Shown here: in pieces, positions 1-13,843 of the stretch
How positions within the stretch are numbered: the first letter of the stretch is position 1
Layout of the letters: every line of letters starts with the position of its first letter
Assembly: GCA_973851085.1 (NCBI GenBank)
Contig: OZ316775.1
Location: 16,740,001-16,804,000, forward strand
Length of the DNA stretch: 64,000 nt
Origin: Ptychomitrium polyphyllum
Taxonomy: Eukaryota
Reading direction: 5' to 3'
Position numbers and translations under genes: made by a program
The notes under the pieces: model-generated
What the model was told of the DNA's origin: nothing
Databases searched by the model: none
Seen by the model: only the letters and a program-made list of their open reading frames with translations

Positions 1-3000
1 TGCAGCCTTAGCTGCCTCCACCACCTCCACATCAGAAGCACCGTCTCGGCCGTATAAAATGTTCTCGTGAATCGTTGTTGCAAACAACGCAGGTTCCTGC
101 TGAACAAGGGCAATGTGACGCCGCAATGAACGCAATCTAAGCTTCTTGATGTCATGGCCATCAATCTTAACCTTTCCTGTCGTGGGGTCATAGAACCTTG
201 CAATAAGAGCAATGACCGTGCTCTTTCCTACAGCGCATTACACAGAAATACTTCAAAAATTGGCAGTGTCGTTGTAGTAGAGCAATAACACAACCCACAT
301 AAATCTAAGCTCAATATTTCTTGTATTAAGTACCAAGCTTTTCTAAGATATGTAGAACATCATATCTTGATTAGTCGATAAGTCAATTAGATGTGGAATA
401 TTCTCATTCGATGCATGTGGTAAAGCAGTTACACGGCAAGCGATTAAGACGCAGACAGTGATTACCTGAGCCACTGGAACCAACCAATGCAAGACTCCGC
501 CCTGCATGCACCTTGAGGCTGAAATCCTTGAAGATGACCGTGTCAGGTCTTGAGGGATATGTAAAGTGGATATGCTTCAGGCTTATGTCGCCTCGCATCT
601 CCAGTACTTCTTGAGCAGTTGAACTTGTGGGGTCGATTTCAGTCTCTCGGTCCAAAATACTGAATATGGATTTCAAAGCCTGCACAATAAGTCATTTCAG
701 AATCTCATCATTAGAAGGTATTTCGGATAATCTCTTTCAAGAGGATAACCAAGAACTAACAATGAGGGTGATGATAAGTGAAGTACCTAAGTTTAACAAC
801 ATGTTTTCAATAGGACATCATAAGATATCAGACTAAAGGTGATGGATTAACATACCTGAGAACCTTTCAGGATGTCCGGGGCCATGGTAAGTGACTCCGC
901 GAGCATGACAGCAGTGACAACCAGCACGATGAAAGTTCGAATTATATTAGAAAAATCGTTAAATCCACCATGGGTGACCAGTGTTGAGGAGTACCACATG
1001 GCCAATCCATACGAGCTGAAAACGCAAAACTGCGACAGCCCATAGCCCAATCCCGCAAGCTGCCCACGATAAAAAGCACGGCGTTTGGGCAAGGCGAGTT
1101 CTCGAATGAAGAGATCCAAGACTTTTTCTTCTGCACAGAAGGCTGCCACTGTGCGGATGTTGCTTACTGCCTCTGTTGCCACCATGCTGGCCCTAGCGTA
1201 TGACTTGGCCAAGTCTCCTCCAAAACCTTTCAGAAAATGATGCTGCATACACCATCATTTCTGATGATGTGATTTACGCGAATGATATACTCTCTAATTA
1301 GCTTTCTTCAAATCATGACATTCCAGACTGTACATGCTAATATGGAATTAACAAACTCACGCATTGGTTGGACCTTTTACGAGCATGCACCCCAAAGGAT
1401 CCTACCCAAATCTTCTATATGTCATTATCAAAACTCAGCGTTATAAAAGACATCTGAAGATTGTACAATCTTTGGATAGACAGCAACATCAAGTAGAAAA
1501 GAAATAAAAACAACAAAAAAACATAAAAATGATTCTTGACTTGCCCATGCGTGATGTCATTTTAGAAATTCAATGAAATTATTCTTGTTCTATGAAGATA
1601 GAATAGGATAGGCAATACTCACCTCACCAATAAAAGCCCCAACCATGAATGGATACGTCGCCAACACCACGAATGCAACTTTCCAGTCCAAGTAGAATGC
1701 AATACCAAAGGCCAGGAACATGAGTGCCAGTGTCATCAGGATCACAGAGGCACGATCACCCACAAAGGCCCTTACAAGCGTAGCATCAACAGACAGACGG
1801 GATGCTACCAAACTGCTGTTATTTTCGTCTTGGTCGAACCAGCCTACCTCTTGACGAAGAATTGCTGTCAATTCCAGACCCTGCATCTCGCATTAGTAAA
1901 CATAGTGAATGTCTTTTTAATTAATAAATTTCATGCACCTGGACCAAGATTGTTTTCAAAAGGGAACAAATAACAAGACTGCAAGTCAGGAAGGATAACC
2001 TTTGTAACTCAATGATTGGCAAACTGACAAAGTGGACTATTCATGTGTAAAAAAACCCAATAACAAAGTAAACATCGAACTGTGGTCAGGAGACCAGGCA
2101 AGCGGTTTTCAAACTAGAGGAAGCTGGTAGCTTAAAAGAAAGAGCACAATAACATGTGACAAAAGCTTACAGGTAAGCATCTTCTCGCGGACACGAATCG
2201 TGAGACGCTCCCCCATCACCTCGAAGAAATAGTTTTGCATCAAGAAAGCAAGAATCGTCACAGGAATTGCACCAGTGAACATCAAGCAGATCTTCCGAAC
2301 CTGGTGCTTGATGTACCAGTCATTGAAGGTGTAAAATGACACCAAGATGTCACTCATGCCTAGGGCAGCGAGGGGGGTTTTCCATCCTGCTAAAGATGCA
2401 CCAATTGATCCCAGGATTGCATAAGGCCATTCAGGTGCGTTAAGCATCAGCAAGCGTCGAAAGGATGGTTTATAGCAACCAATCACGACAGCTCGTGGCG
2501 TGGATCCAGAGGTAGATGCTTCAGAGACATCGGACTCTGGAGTCTCGTGACAAGGTCTCGGTCTGTGCCGTTGCCTGACGTGCTCAACCAAGGATGACAA
2601 CCTTGATTGCCTGCGGCATGAACAAATGCACCCGTTCTCATTATCATGTAGAAATTACCGCTTTGCAAAACATCTTCAACTATGTGTCTATGAAGGATTT
2701 TAAACTACAGGAAATGCTGTGAACCATGGTAAGTACAAGAGGTCATAATGATGTTGATTTTCCCTTATTACAGTAGCATATCTGAGCCTTTTGGAAAGTA
2801 TATTGCAGCTTACAACCACCTTCAGCATAACTGTAGTAGGTCACAGTAATCCCCAATCCATTACAATTTTTCACCCACAGTATACGGTGTAATCAGTGTA
2901 GTGGTTGCCAGACGATGATTAGTAATGCTCATGAAGAGATTTGACTTATACAGAGGATGAATGCAGATTTTTTTCATGACCAACTAATTTAATTCTTAAG

Positions 3001-6000
3001 ACCCTTTTTAGCTTCTGACAGAGCAAGCAAAACCCATAATGACACTCCATACTTGACTGAGGGTTCAGCGTGTCAGCACAATGACAAGCCAATACGACAT
3101 ATGGCACAGAGCTAGCCATATAATTGAATATAAAAAATGTAGTTATACGGGCCTAGGGTTGAGCATACTTAGAGTTAGGTCTTGTTGGGCTGGGAGTGCA
3201 GTCGCAGGACTTGCTCTCTCCAGCATGCGGCAAACTTGACCCAGGCAGATACATATCCCGAGTGTGTCTGAAAAAAAACGAGTAGAACTCTTACGAATAC
3301 CATCAAATTTACATAGGAGACGCACGCAGTTGACATGCAAGTAATTCAAAAGGCCAGAGAGTTCATACGTGAAAAGAGGCTCTGGCGACACACCCACATC
3401 GAACAGATCGCCCCTCTCGCTGCCAGGACTGCAGTGATAATTCAATATTGCCATAAGTACACAATTTCAGAACCAAGTCGCAGTTTTGACATACTGATTC
3501 TAAAAAAACACATTCCTGCATGCTGGATCCACATGGAAGTCCAATATTCTCTTCACAATATCATTTCCCAAGAACGTCGACACATCATCTATAATTTCTT
3601 GCCTGATGTATGTGGATTACGAACCTGGAATGTCTGGTCGTGATGCCTGGAGTACCATTTCGGATATGATTATCTACCCACGAAAACCTTTCCTTCGCAG
3701 TTTCTCTTTCTCTTACAGGGTCAGTACGTTGCATTCGCACTAACCCCGCATAAGCTCCTCCACTACCTTTACCTGCAAAGGACACACTCTTAGAATCTCG
3801 CGCTTAGCAGGAAGTTGCCGTCGAAAAATGCGAAGTTGGAGACTTTCTGAAAAGCTTTGTGCACTAAGGCTAATTTTAAAATGTGGAACTCTATTCAGGA
3901 TTGACTTAGCACCAGGTAATCTAGAAGAGTATCGCTAATTCATGCTTCCAAAATGGCCCTATACGTGCAAGGCAAAATGAAATGCGCAAGAAGGAAATTG
4001 ATACCAAGGAGGTCAGTGTGTGTCCCTGTCTCAATCACCCTTCCATTCTGAACCACAAAGATGGCGTCGGCATTGCGGATAGTCGAAAGGCGATGAGCGA
4101 TCACCACCGTCGTGCGGCCAATCATGAGCCTATCCAGTGCTTCTTGCACCAGCTGCTCTGAATTTGCATCCAAGGCACTTGTCGCTTCATCCAGGAGAAG
4201 AATTGATGGGTTCTTCAACATGGCTCTGGCAATTGCAACTCGTTGCTTCTGGCCTCCAGAGAGCTGAACTCCTCTCTCCCCTACCTGGGTATCGTATCTT
4301 TGAGGTAGTTTGTCAATAAAAGAATGTGCGTTGGAAGCTTTTGCCATAGCTATTACCTCGGCGGTCGATGCTCCGTCTTTACCATATAAAATGTTTTCTA
4401 GTATACTAGTCGCAAACAACGCCGGTTCCTGGTTTACCAACCCAATCTTCCCTCGCAGCCAGCTCAGCTGCAATGTCTTGATGTTATGACCGTCCACGAG
4501 AACCTCACCTACACACAATAAATGATGTCAATCAGAAGCAATCTATAAATCCTATGTTGTCGACATCAAGGAGAACCCCACCTAATGCAGTGTGACGCTA
4601 CACAAAAGCATGCAATTACTGTGGACTCCAACACCTCCAAAACATGCAAGATTTCTTCAAAGAACCTAGAGATCTTTCATTACAGTGAAAAGTATTTCCT
4701 AAAATGTGAATATCACAGTAATTGCGTGGATTCACGTCGTTAGAGATCAGTCAGGAAAACTGCTAATGGTTGAGAAAATGGATGAAATACCTGCGGTGGG
4801 ATCATAAAACCGCTCAATCAAGGAAACTATGGTCGATTTTCCCGATCCACTACTGCCAACAATGGCAACCGTGGTACCCGCTGAAATGGAGATGTTAAAT
4901 CTGTCAAATATTTTCACGTTGGGTCGAGAGGGGTAGCTGAAGCTGATATCGCGAAGCTCAATACGACCAGCTACATGAGGTAGAATTTTGCCTTGAGCAC
5001 TGCGGCTGCAATCTCGTAATCGCTTCCTCTCAATGACTTGCATGATGTTGAACCCTGCCGCTGTTCCCTTCGCAAAGACATGTAGATTTGGTGCTATTTG
5101 GCCAAGTGAACTGCATGTTCCAACAATAAAACATCAAGATCAAGAGGAGTTCCACAGGCTGCAGAACTCCAGTTGTACACCACAACAGATGAATGGATTT
5201 CCGTTCTAGTAATATTGCAGAAACAGTGAAGTCCCGATGCTTGATGGAATCTAAGATGAACAGTGATGGTATCTAAGACGAAGAGGGATGTATTCAATAT
5301 GCATTAGAAATTCATTAGAATCCTAGTTGAAGTTTACAACACCTCATTCTAATTGATCAAAAAGGCTAATTGGGATAAGGTAAGTTCGTTTTAGCTACTT
5401 GATGATCCCAACCTGTTAAGGATACGACTCAAAACCGATAGCTCTTCACCGGAGACCAATTTATGTTCAGCTTCGATTTACACAAATACGCAGTTAGAGT
5501 TCCAATTAGTATAACCCAGGGGAAATTGGTACTTTATATCCTTACAGACCACTGACGACCGCGTTGACGATAGTGGTGAATGCCTGGCCACCGTTGGTCC
5601 TCTTGCGCAACACCAAGAGACTGGCATACCAGAATAACAAACCCCAGACACCAATAAGAAGACCATGCGTTAAGCCGACGCTTAAGCCCTTGGCAATTCC
5701 TGCTCGCTTGGCCATGTCTAGTGTTGTATGCAAAGCTTTGCTATAAGCTTGTTGCGTTTTCATCTCACCCACAAACGAGTATACCGTACGAACTTGAGCA
5801 ATCGCCTGTACACACCCCACAGGCCACATCCACATCCTCCATTACAATGTACCACATCAATTCATAATATGACTCAAGGAATCAAAACTGCAAGAGAAGC
5901 AACTTGAAAGAGCGAAAAGCGTCTCCAAGTGACTGAGATTTTCTTGAGCTATATCTACACAAGTGAAGTAATGTGCTTTGCTGTATGACACAATTAACTT

Positions 6001-8019
6001 CAGTAAAAGCTTGAAGCTACAGTACCTCTTCTGCGATGCCACCAGCTTTAGAATAAGCCTCCTGGCTCCACTTGGTTTGACCGACTCGTACCGCTAAGTA
6101 TGCACCTCCGGCTGCGGCAAGCAAAGGCAGGACTGATAGCGTCACGGCTGTCAGCTGCCACATGGTCCCAAAACTCACACAGATTCCAGACACAAAAACA
6201 GCCGCATAGTGCAAAAAGTTCCCTGCCTGCACAAAGGTTTGGCAGGACGTTTTCCAAAGTATAGCAGGACTTCCACATTTGGGAGAAAAAACGTACAAAC
6301 CATTGCCAAGTTTTTTGTTTTACAAACAAGGTAGTCTAATTTTGACGAGAAGATTACCTTGTCACCAATTGCTTCTTGAACCAGCATTGTGTCACTTGAT
6401 ATTCGACTGACCAGCTCAGAAGTGCAAGAATCCGTGTCAAAGAATCCAACTTCCTAAGATCATAAGTCAACTAGGTCACAGTTCATCCAGTCATGAGTAC
6501 CGATACTCTAGAAGCAAGCTGCAAGCAGATATTCAAATCCAAGCAAAAGTGCTACTGTATTGTGACTGCTATACACTATACCGACCAGCAACGCTAGGGA
6601 TCATTTTAAGCTGACCACAATGTGTCCATAAACCAGAGTTTGTTTATAAACGCCACTAGCACGAACTTACAAAGGTCTGTAACCAACAGTTTTAAGGGTT
6701 TAAGAGCATACTTCAGATAGCATAGCGTGCAAGTACTTGGTCCGTATTCGAGCGGACTGGCGCTCACCAGTGATCATCCAACACGAAACCTCTGCACATC
6801 ATGAACCAGCATAGATAGTGAGACTACTGCTGATCCCCAGCTGAAGCCTTACAGTTCAAATTAGCTTAGCCTTTCTGAAGCAATAAAATTTCACTTTAAG
6901 AACTTGAACAGAACAACTAGGTATCCTCAGGCGCGAATGGAATATGACAGTAACTCTAACGTGAAAAAATTGCACTCCGTATGAACTGTCCTACTCGTAA
7001 GAGTTTTGCTAAACCAAGGAAAAATTGAGCATAATGTTCTAAGAGATGGTAAATTGTAAATCTAAGACAGGTCAATAATTGAGGAAGAATTACTCACCTA
7101 ACCATGCTGTTACCAAGCAGTGGATCCCCAAGTAAAAGAAATTCATGGAATACTGCACACATCAAGGTTAAGGGTAAGCCAAGACATGATCATCTCCAGA
7201 CTCATACATTACATCCTCAAATTTGAGATTATATTGTTCATCGTGATCTTTATGAATGATACTAGAAAACTACAAAGATAAAACCAATCAACAAAGAAGA
7301 ACATGACAGTTCACTTGTTACACGAAAGATACCCGAGCAACTTCCGCTGTCTGCTTCATAGGATCACCCATACTGTGACCCAGGTCATTGATGAGCCTGG
7401 AGAAGTAAATGAAGAACACAGGAACAGCAGCCCCATGAAGAACTGCTGCAGTGCCCCCAACCACCATCAGAAAGTAGTCAACCTTGTCTGCAAAGATAAA
7501 TAGCTTGTGGTAGGCCGCTCGTTGTTGCCGCTTCTTCTGCTTCACGGCCTTCTTTGGTGTTATAGAACGCGAATGCTGCTTCGGCGAAGGTGTTCGCAGG
7601 GTTTGAAGTCCCATAGCTTCGTAATCATGATTCGCTGCACGCACATTCAAGGACGGCGTGAACACTCATCTAACAACCCAAACTGCTGCAAGCTTTTCTG
7701 AGAATTGGATCCAAGAGCGAGAACAAGAGTAGCGGAGGAGTATCTGAAATCAGGTCATCATAACCCACACCAACAGAGAAAGTGGCAACGAACTTGCAAA
7801 GAGTAGCGCAATGTACAGATGAAATGATGCTATCAATTGATTCGGTTTTAGAAAATCCCTGGAGAATGGCCGCTAACAGGATAAGCAGGGTAAAGAGTGG
7901 CTCCAGAACACCTCACCTGTCCTTGGAGCACTTTGATTCAAGGAACTCTCTATCATAAATCTCCTCTTTTCCTTCACGCGGCTTTCTAAATCGGAGGAGT
8001 CCAACCTGGGTAGCTCCAT
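1..8019 (-). CDS. ABCB: Full-size ABCB (MDR/P-glycoprotein) transporter, multi-exon; C-terminus of NBD2 continues beyond window start
   Basis: TMD1-NBD1-TMD2-NBD2 order on - strand. Segments include [38 protein letters not shown], Walker A GSSGSGKS, signature [14 protein letters not shown], Walker [16 protein letters not shown]2 [14 protein letters not shown], and NBD2 Walker A GSSGSG|KS (split by an intron) followed by VQQEPALF. Exons are joined by GT-AG introns. Probable first coding exon 8019-7917 (MELPRLDSS...APRT) splices in phase to an acceptor at 7634; alternative start ATG at 7614. Confidence 0.95.
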
Positions 8020-8901
8020 CGTTGCTGTCACCAGAATCTCCCTGCAGTCAGAAACCGAAGTCCTTAGCCCCTGTGACCTATTTGTGATCCCACCTAAAAA
8101 GTTTCAAACACACAATTTAAGCCTTCGTGGGTCACTTACTGCGCACTCTCCCATGATTACGCATCACACATTTGCAGAACATCAAAATACTCTGCTGCAA
8201 TGCAAGCTTCGAAGCTCATACCTATGACCACTGGTTGACTATAATTTCAAGAAAACCAAAAACTCAACATGCAATTAATACTCAGAGCAACACCCAATTC
8301 CAGCGCACTAATCTCTTACCGAAGTCAGGGGTCATGAACAACTTGTGAAGATCGAGCTGATCCAATGCAGCACTCACACCCAGTCATCGACATAGACGAT
8401 AAATTCCCTCATTCACCCATCACCCACCCTCATCACCGCAGTCCACAAACCCTCCACAAAGCACATACTCTCGATGATCCATCACATCACATTCACATCC
8501 ACATATGATGCTCGAAAGCGGGGAAGCAAAATTGTCCAACACATGTCACCAAAGCTAACACTCGTCTGCACCACGTCCATGATCTCGTCCATGATCACGA
8601 GCTGCATGCAGAAATAAGCAGAAACAGGGACATGCCTCCGTAAACCTAACCGGTGATGACATGAAAGTAACGCTCCCAACCTGAATTTGAGGAGCCTCGG
8701 AGAAGAATCAGTGGGTCGTTACAATGGAAGAAAAATAATAGAGAGATCGCCGCGGTTGCAAAGATTCATATCATAAAATCCATATTATCCATATTATGCA
8801 GATGATCTGGCACCGAAATGCCCTCAAACACCACCTCATGCTGTTCCCGCAATGCACCTGGTGCGTTCCCAGTGCGAGGGAACATCGTCTCGCAGTTTCT
8901 T

Positions 8902-9102
8902 AAACCCTAGAGTTGAACCCCTCAAACAGTTGGGTCTCGCAGGAGTCAGGAGCCGATTTTCGTTCTCCCGAGTTCTATTCCTCCACCTCTCGCGTCCTGA
9001 CGGTGATCATATTCTGGCTCTCGCACTAGGGTCGTCGCAATCTGGCTGATTTTTTTCATGCAATGTGATGGTAAAATTTTCTCTGGACCGGTTTTAGGGT
9101 TT
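8902..9102. promoter_or_regulatory. Telo-box motifs (AAACCCTA at 8902; TAGGGTTT at 9095) in the divergent promoter/leader of RPL21
   Basis: Two exact telo-box cores upstream of a ribosomal protein gene; telo-boxes are known to be enriched near plant translation-machinery genes. Confidence 0.5.
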
Positions 9103-9391
9103 GCTGGGAGGGTTCGATTGTCTTTTTGTAGCCTCGGAAGAATGTGGCAGTTTTGGGTTTCTGTGTCGTTTTCTTTATGATGGGAGAGAGGTTTTGAAGG
9201 GTTTTTCTCTGACGGTTCATGTTGGTGCGTGCAGATTGGAAGAGAGTGTGGACTGCGGGGTGGGTTTAGTGTTTGGGTTGGGGTTATAATGGAGGGCGGG
9301 TTGTGGTGAAAGGCGGTCGATGTTCGGTAGCATGGTCACGAGGTAATCGACGTGAGCGTTCACAATTTGGTGGTGTGAGGGATCCGTGGCG

Positions 9392-11081
9392 ATGGCGATG
9401 GCGGCAGCGCGTTTCCTTTCTCGGAGGGCATGCGGGATCAGTCTTCCCTCTCTCTCGAATTCTAGTTACTCTTTTCCTTCTCACCCTGCTGTGCCAGTGG
9501 CTGATGAAGCGCTGGTTTTATCTCGATATTTACCTAGTTTTTCTCTCGCGAATGTGGGTTTAGATCGCGGGAATGGGGCTACGAGTCTTCAGAGCTTCTC
9601 GGACTTGGTGCCATTTGGCCGGGTTTATAGTACTGGTGTAAGTGAAGGAGTTTCCAGAGAGCAGAGCGACGGCCTCTCACAGACGAGCGAAGCGGAACCG
9701 AAGGCACCAATTAAGCCGCCGCCGAGGCCTTTTAAACTCAACAATGAGCAACGGCAATTGGCCGAGGAGATTGGCTACAAAGTTGTGGATCGCTGCACGG
9801 AGGAGGATTTTGGGCAGAACAAACGACCGAAAGCCTTCGCAGTCGTTCAAGTATGTTTCCTTTTTCGCCTCTTGCAGGGACTTCTAGAGCTCGAATAACT
9901 TTGCGTCTGGTTTATTTTGTGGGTAACTACGCAGCTTCTTTAGGGTTAGTCAAGAAGTACTCTTTTAGGCTCTCGACGCTCGAAACATAGAAACGGTCTT
10001 ACATGTTAGGACTTCTGTGTTGTACATATGAATATTGGTGACCTAATTCGTCGAATTTTGTGAGAATGTTGACACTCCTCCTTGCTTTCATTATTATTAT
10101 TATTATTTTTTATTTTTTATTTTTTTGTGAACCTGGTTTTATGGTCAATTGGATGCTACTCGTATTTGACAATCACTCGGAGCATTATACAGATCGGCTC
10201 GCACCAGTTCAAAGTGTCTCCCAACGACCTTATATACACCGAGAAGCTTAAGTATTGCGATATCAATGACAAGGTATGTTTGATCGCAGATGTATTTAAA
10301 ATATCCAAACAACGAGGGTCTTTCTTATTATGCAGGTTTTCAGTAATGTGTGTGGTTTCCTCACTAGCTACCCCTTTGCTATCTATGAAATTTTACACAG
10401 CTCACTGTGCTTGATCCGATTCTGTCTTTTTGCAGCTGATGTTGAATAAGGTTCTTATGCTTGGATCGAAAGACCAGACAATCATTGGTCGACCTACTCT
10501 GCCCAAAGCGGCAGTTTTTGCTGTTGTCGAAGAACATGTAAGAAAGAGCCTGCATTCCTTGATAGCAGAATCTTAGTGTGCATTTCGAGGATATCTGCCG
10601 TCCTTCAAAGTGTGTCTAATTACATAAACGAAAGTTCCTTGATAAGTGGAGTGTACATATGGTCTTGATGCAGGCATTAGATGAGAAGGTGATCATATTC
10701 AAAAAAAAGAGACGAAAGAATTATCGTAGGACTACTGGTCACCGCCAAGTAAGAATCTGACCTGGAAAATTGTCAAGCTTTATGCTTGCTTCTTGGATTC
10801 TTGTACCAGCTTTATGGTTATGCTAGTATGTTAACTTCTTGTGATGTCATAGGCTACAAAATGAATTGATCAATGCTTATTTCTCTCTGACTGCATTGTC
10901 TATAAACTCATCAATGCAGGAATTGACGCGCCTGAGGATCTTGGAGGTCAAAGGCATAAATGTGGAAACAGCTCCCTCAACGCCATCAAGGAAAGCGAAA
11001 CTCACTTTTTCGTCAAAGGTGGAGGAAACATCTAGGGTAGATACTAATACTGAAGAACGTCTTACGCCTGTTTTGGCTTGA
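9392..11081 (+). CDS. RPL21M: Ribosomal protein L21 (bL21), mitochondrial type; 5 exons 9392-9850, 10193-10273, 10436-10537, 10674-10748, 10920-11081
   Basis: Spliced product contains FAVVQ|IGSHQFKVSPNDLIYTEKLKYCDINDK|LMLNKVLMLGSKDQTIIGRP...VEEH|ALDEKVIIFKKKRRKNYRRTTGHRQ|ELTRLRI (bL21 signature). N-terminus is Arg/Ser-rich and presequence-like. All introns are GT-AG and in frame. Confidence 0.93.
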
Positions 11082-12445
11082 CAACAGTATGTTCAACCGT
11101 TGATTTGCTTATTGAGCATAGCTAGTGCAACATTTATGATGTGGTTAATAAATCTTTTGGGGAAGGGGGAATTTGCTTCGTAAGAATTCCTTGTTTTAAG
11201 ATTCCTCATGTTCAGCAGAAGGCGAGTAGGTTTTGCAATTAGTGGTCGTATAAATGAACTGTACCATGGATGCAGGTCTCTGTTATTTGCTGATTTTTGT
11301 TTACTGAGAATTCATCTTAGCTATGGTTTAGCTCCAGTGTTGAAGTTTTGGAGTACCATGTCGCTGTCAACGGCGTTGCCCAAAAGAACTGATTTAATTA
11401 TGGATTGTTCACGTTGGTGGAGTTCTTTATGCCAAAACACTTTCAGAATGGGGGGTTTATTACACAAGAGATAGAGAAAGCCACTGCGGTACATGGCTGA
11501 TATGTAATCTATCGCTTATTGAAGTGTTTTTCAAAGTTTGTGAACCGGTAATTCTTGTAACGAGAGAAAGGTACCCGTGTACCATAGAATTCAAATCTGA
11601 TAGACTTGAGTTTTGCAGTACTCTTTTGAAAACTAATAGGAAAAGTCACAGTACTTGTACAAGTTATAAAATCTCTTAATAGATTTTTTAAGCATACAAA
11701 GGATTTTAAAATGCAAATGACAGTAGCTACAAGTCACCCTCCCTATCATCTATGGTAAGTAGGTTGACTTACGGTACGTGATCTCGAAAGTCATGCATGT
11801 GCAGACGTCTTGCTTTGAACTCTTGCTTCTTGCATGACCTTGTACCTACCCTAGTGTTATCGGTAATGCTCACAGCCTGTGAGTATTACCAAGGTGCATT
11901 CACAGTTGATGGTGGTTCACAGTTCATTGCCTCCACAGTGTACAAGCGAATTATGACTCGCTTTTCGACCACGTTTACTATGATATCATTCTTAACATCT
12001 TACTCACTATCCTACCACTTATAAACTGTATTCCTTGAGATCATTCATATTAGATCTGATTTCCAGATTACAAGCGCACCTAGTACGTTTTGGTGTGGAT
12101 TACTCGGTGACTGCCGATCTGTCAGGTTCAAGGTAAGTATTTGATTTATCTCTCTTTCAACTCCATTGAACGCTGTCTCCTCTCGTGAACCAACTAACGA
12201 TCTCTCCACATACACCAAGCGTAGACGTTGTGCTCTTACTAAGAGTTAAGAACATAGAGCATACAAATACCAGGGATGTTAAGGCTCAAGATGTTTGTTG
12301 ATCATTGCTATGAGTAAGAGCTTCTTCGTATACTTGATAATTAGAAATTGCTAATGGATGCAGAATTCACAAGTAGTGGTGCAATATTTGATCATCAGTT
12401 CGTGGAGTCTATAGTTGCGTGGGAAACAGTCCATCACAGGAAACC

Positions 12446-13474
12446 ATGGCGCATTCTTTACTGAGGCTGGCTTACGTTTTCAGCATGCTCTTCTTCTACA
12501 TTTGCAGTATGGCGATTCTGACTACGGGTAAGCTCACCTTCATATTTATATTGCTACAAGCAACAGCACTGCAGACAATTCATCATGACTTGCTTTCAAT
12601 CCCACTTTAATTGATTTCATACTAAGCAGGATATGAGCCCTGAATTATGTGGACTTCCCAAGTGCTTGCTGACAGTACTTCCACCTTGACAAATAGAAGA
12701 CTTTCTTAGGTTTAGTGTCCATTTAGCTCACACTGATTAATTTCAGTGAATTAGTGAATCAACCAATTGTCCGTCATCAGTCTCTTTATATACTCAATGG
12801 CCTCTTCCTCTTGCTCTATAAAACAATGAAATCTCTGTAGTGCTTATGTACCAAGTGTAATGCTTATTAATTCAACCGAGGACTTTCATTGAATCATCAA
12901 ATTCAGAGTCGTTATCAAATTGTACATCAATGTGTCTTTACGTCCATTTCATATTCCTAACTGTACCAGCTGCTCTGCATGCCTTGTACCTCTCACAGCA
13001 AAGGAAGACCTCCACCTGACTTATTACGGCTTCGAGACCCGGTCTGGTCCCAATACCACTCTATTGCTAGCAGCAGGAACAGGGCAAGGCGCCAACCCGA
13101 GCAATATTTCAGCAATTGGATTTGGAACCGTCTATGTGTTTGACAACCCCCTGAGAACAGGATCCACCGACGACAACAAGGTTGTGGGGCATTGCACAGG
13201 CACAGCGGTGGCAACAAGTGTGCAGCCAATCTTCACAACCGGAGGCCTTTACGTAACAGCCAATCATATATTCGACAAGAGCTCTAAGTACAATGGCTCC
13301 ACAATTACAGTCATAGGAACTGTAGCAACAGCATACCCTCCGGAGTACAAGTTGCTTGTTCCTGGAGGTCTTGGTTATTTTCTGGGATGCACTGGCTATG
13401 CAACTTCAACTCCAATATTACCTGCTACCCCTCCCGTGTATGTGTTCAAGTGGGACTTTTACCTCAAGTGCTAA
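12446..13474 (+). CDS. Dirigent-like secreted protein; exons 12446-12527 (signal peptide) and 12999-13474
   Basis: Hydrophobic MAHSLLRLAYVFSMLFFYICSMAILTT splices in phase 1 to AKEDLHLTYYGFE. Dirigent-like motifs: GFGTVYVFDNPLRTG, YNGSTITVIG, LVPGGLGYFLGCTGYA. TATA-like TTATAAA near 12019. Confidence 0.8.
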
Positions 13475-13769
13475 TACATGCGTCCAGGTGCTTTGTCAGG
13501 AGGGGGTTGGCTTGCAGGGAGAGCAGAGCAGAGCTGGTTGACTGAGAAACATTCAATAAATATTATTGACTTGGAATATTTAGATCTGTCTTAGTAGCCC
13601 ATCTAGCATGCTCTAAATTGGCGTTTAAAAAAGGCATAGTACAGTGTAAAAGGCACAGCAGAATACTTTGTGATCATGGTACTTTATACCTTTCTTTAAA
13701 AAAATCCTGCATTGACATGCAACGCTAGCTGAACTGAGAAAGCATTCGGGTGATATATTCTCTTAAGTT

Positions 13770-13827
13770 TAAAACTGCTTAATGGCCTACAACGAGAATC
13801 TAAGTTGTAGGCCATTAAGCAGTTTTA
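13770..13827. repeat. Perfect 24-bp inverted repeat (hairpin, 10-nt loop)
   Basis: TAAAACTGCTTAATGGCCTACAAC (13770-13793) is the exact reverse complement of 13804-13827. Confidence 0.95.
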
Positions 13828-13843
13828 CCATCAAGAGTGTTGT

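Noticed and set aside
3143..3454. 103-aa ORF in the ABCB linker region as an extra exon
   Set aside because: No ABC similarity; the flanking exons can join directly in phase (TC|GTGGGT near 3680 to acceptor near 2611).
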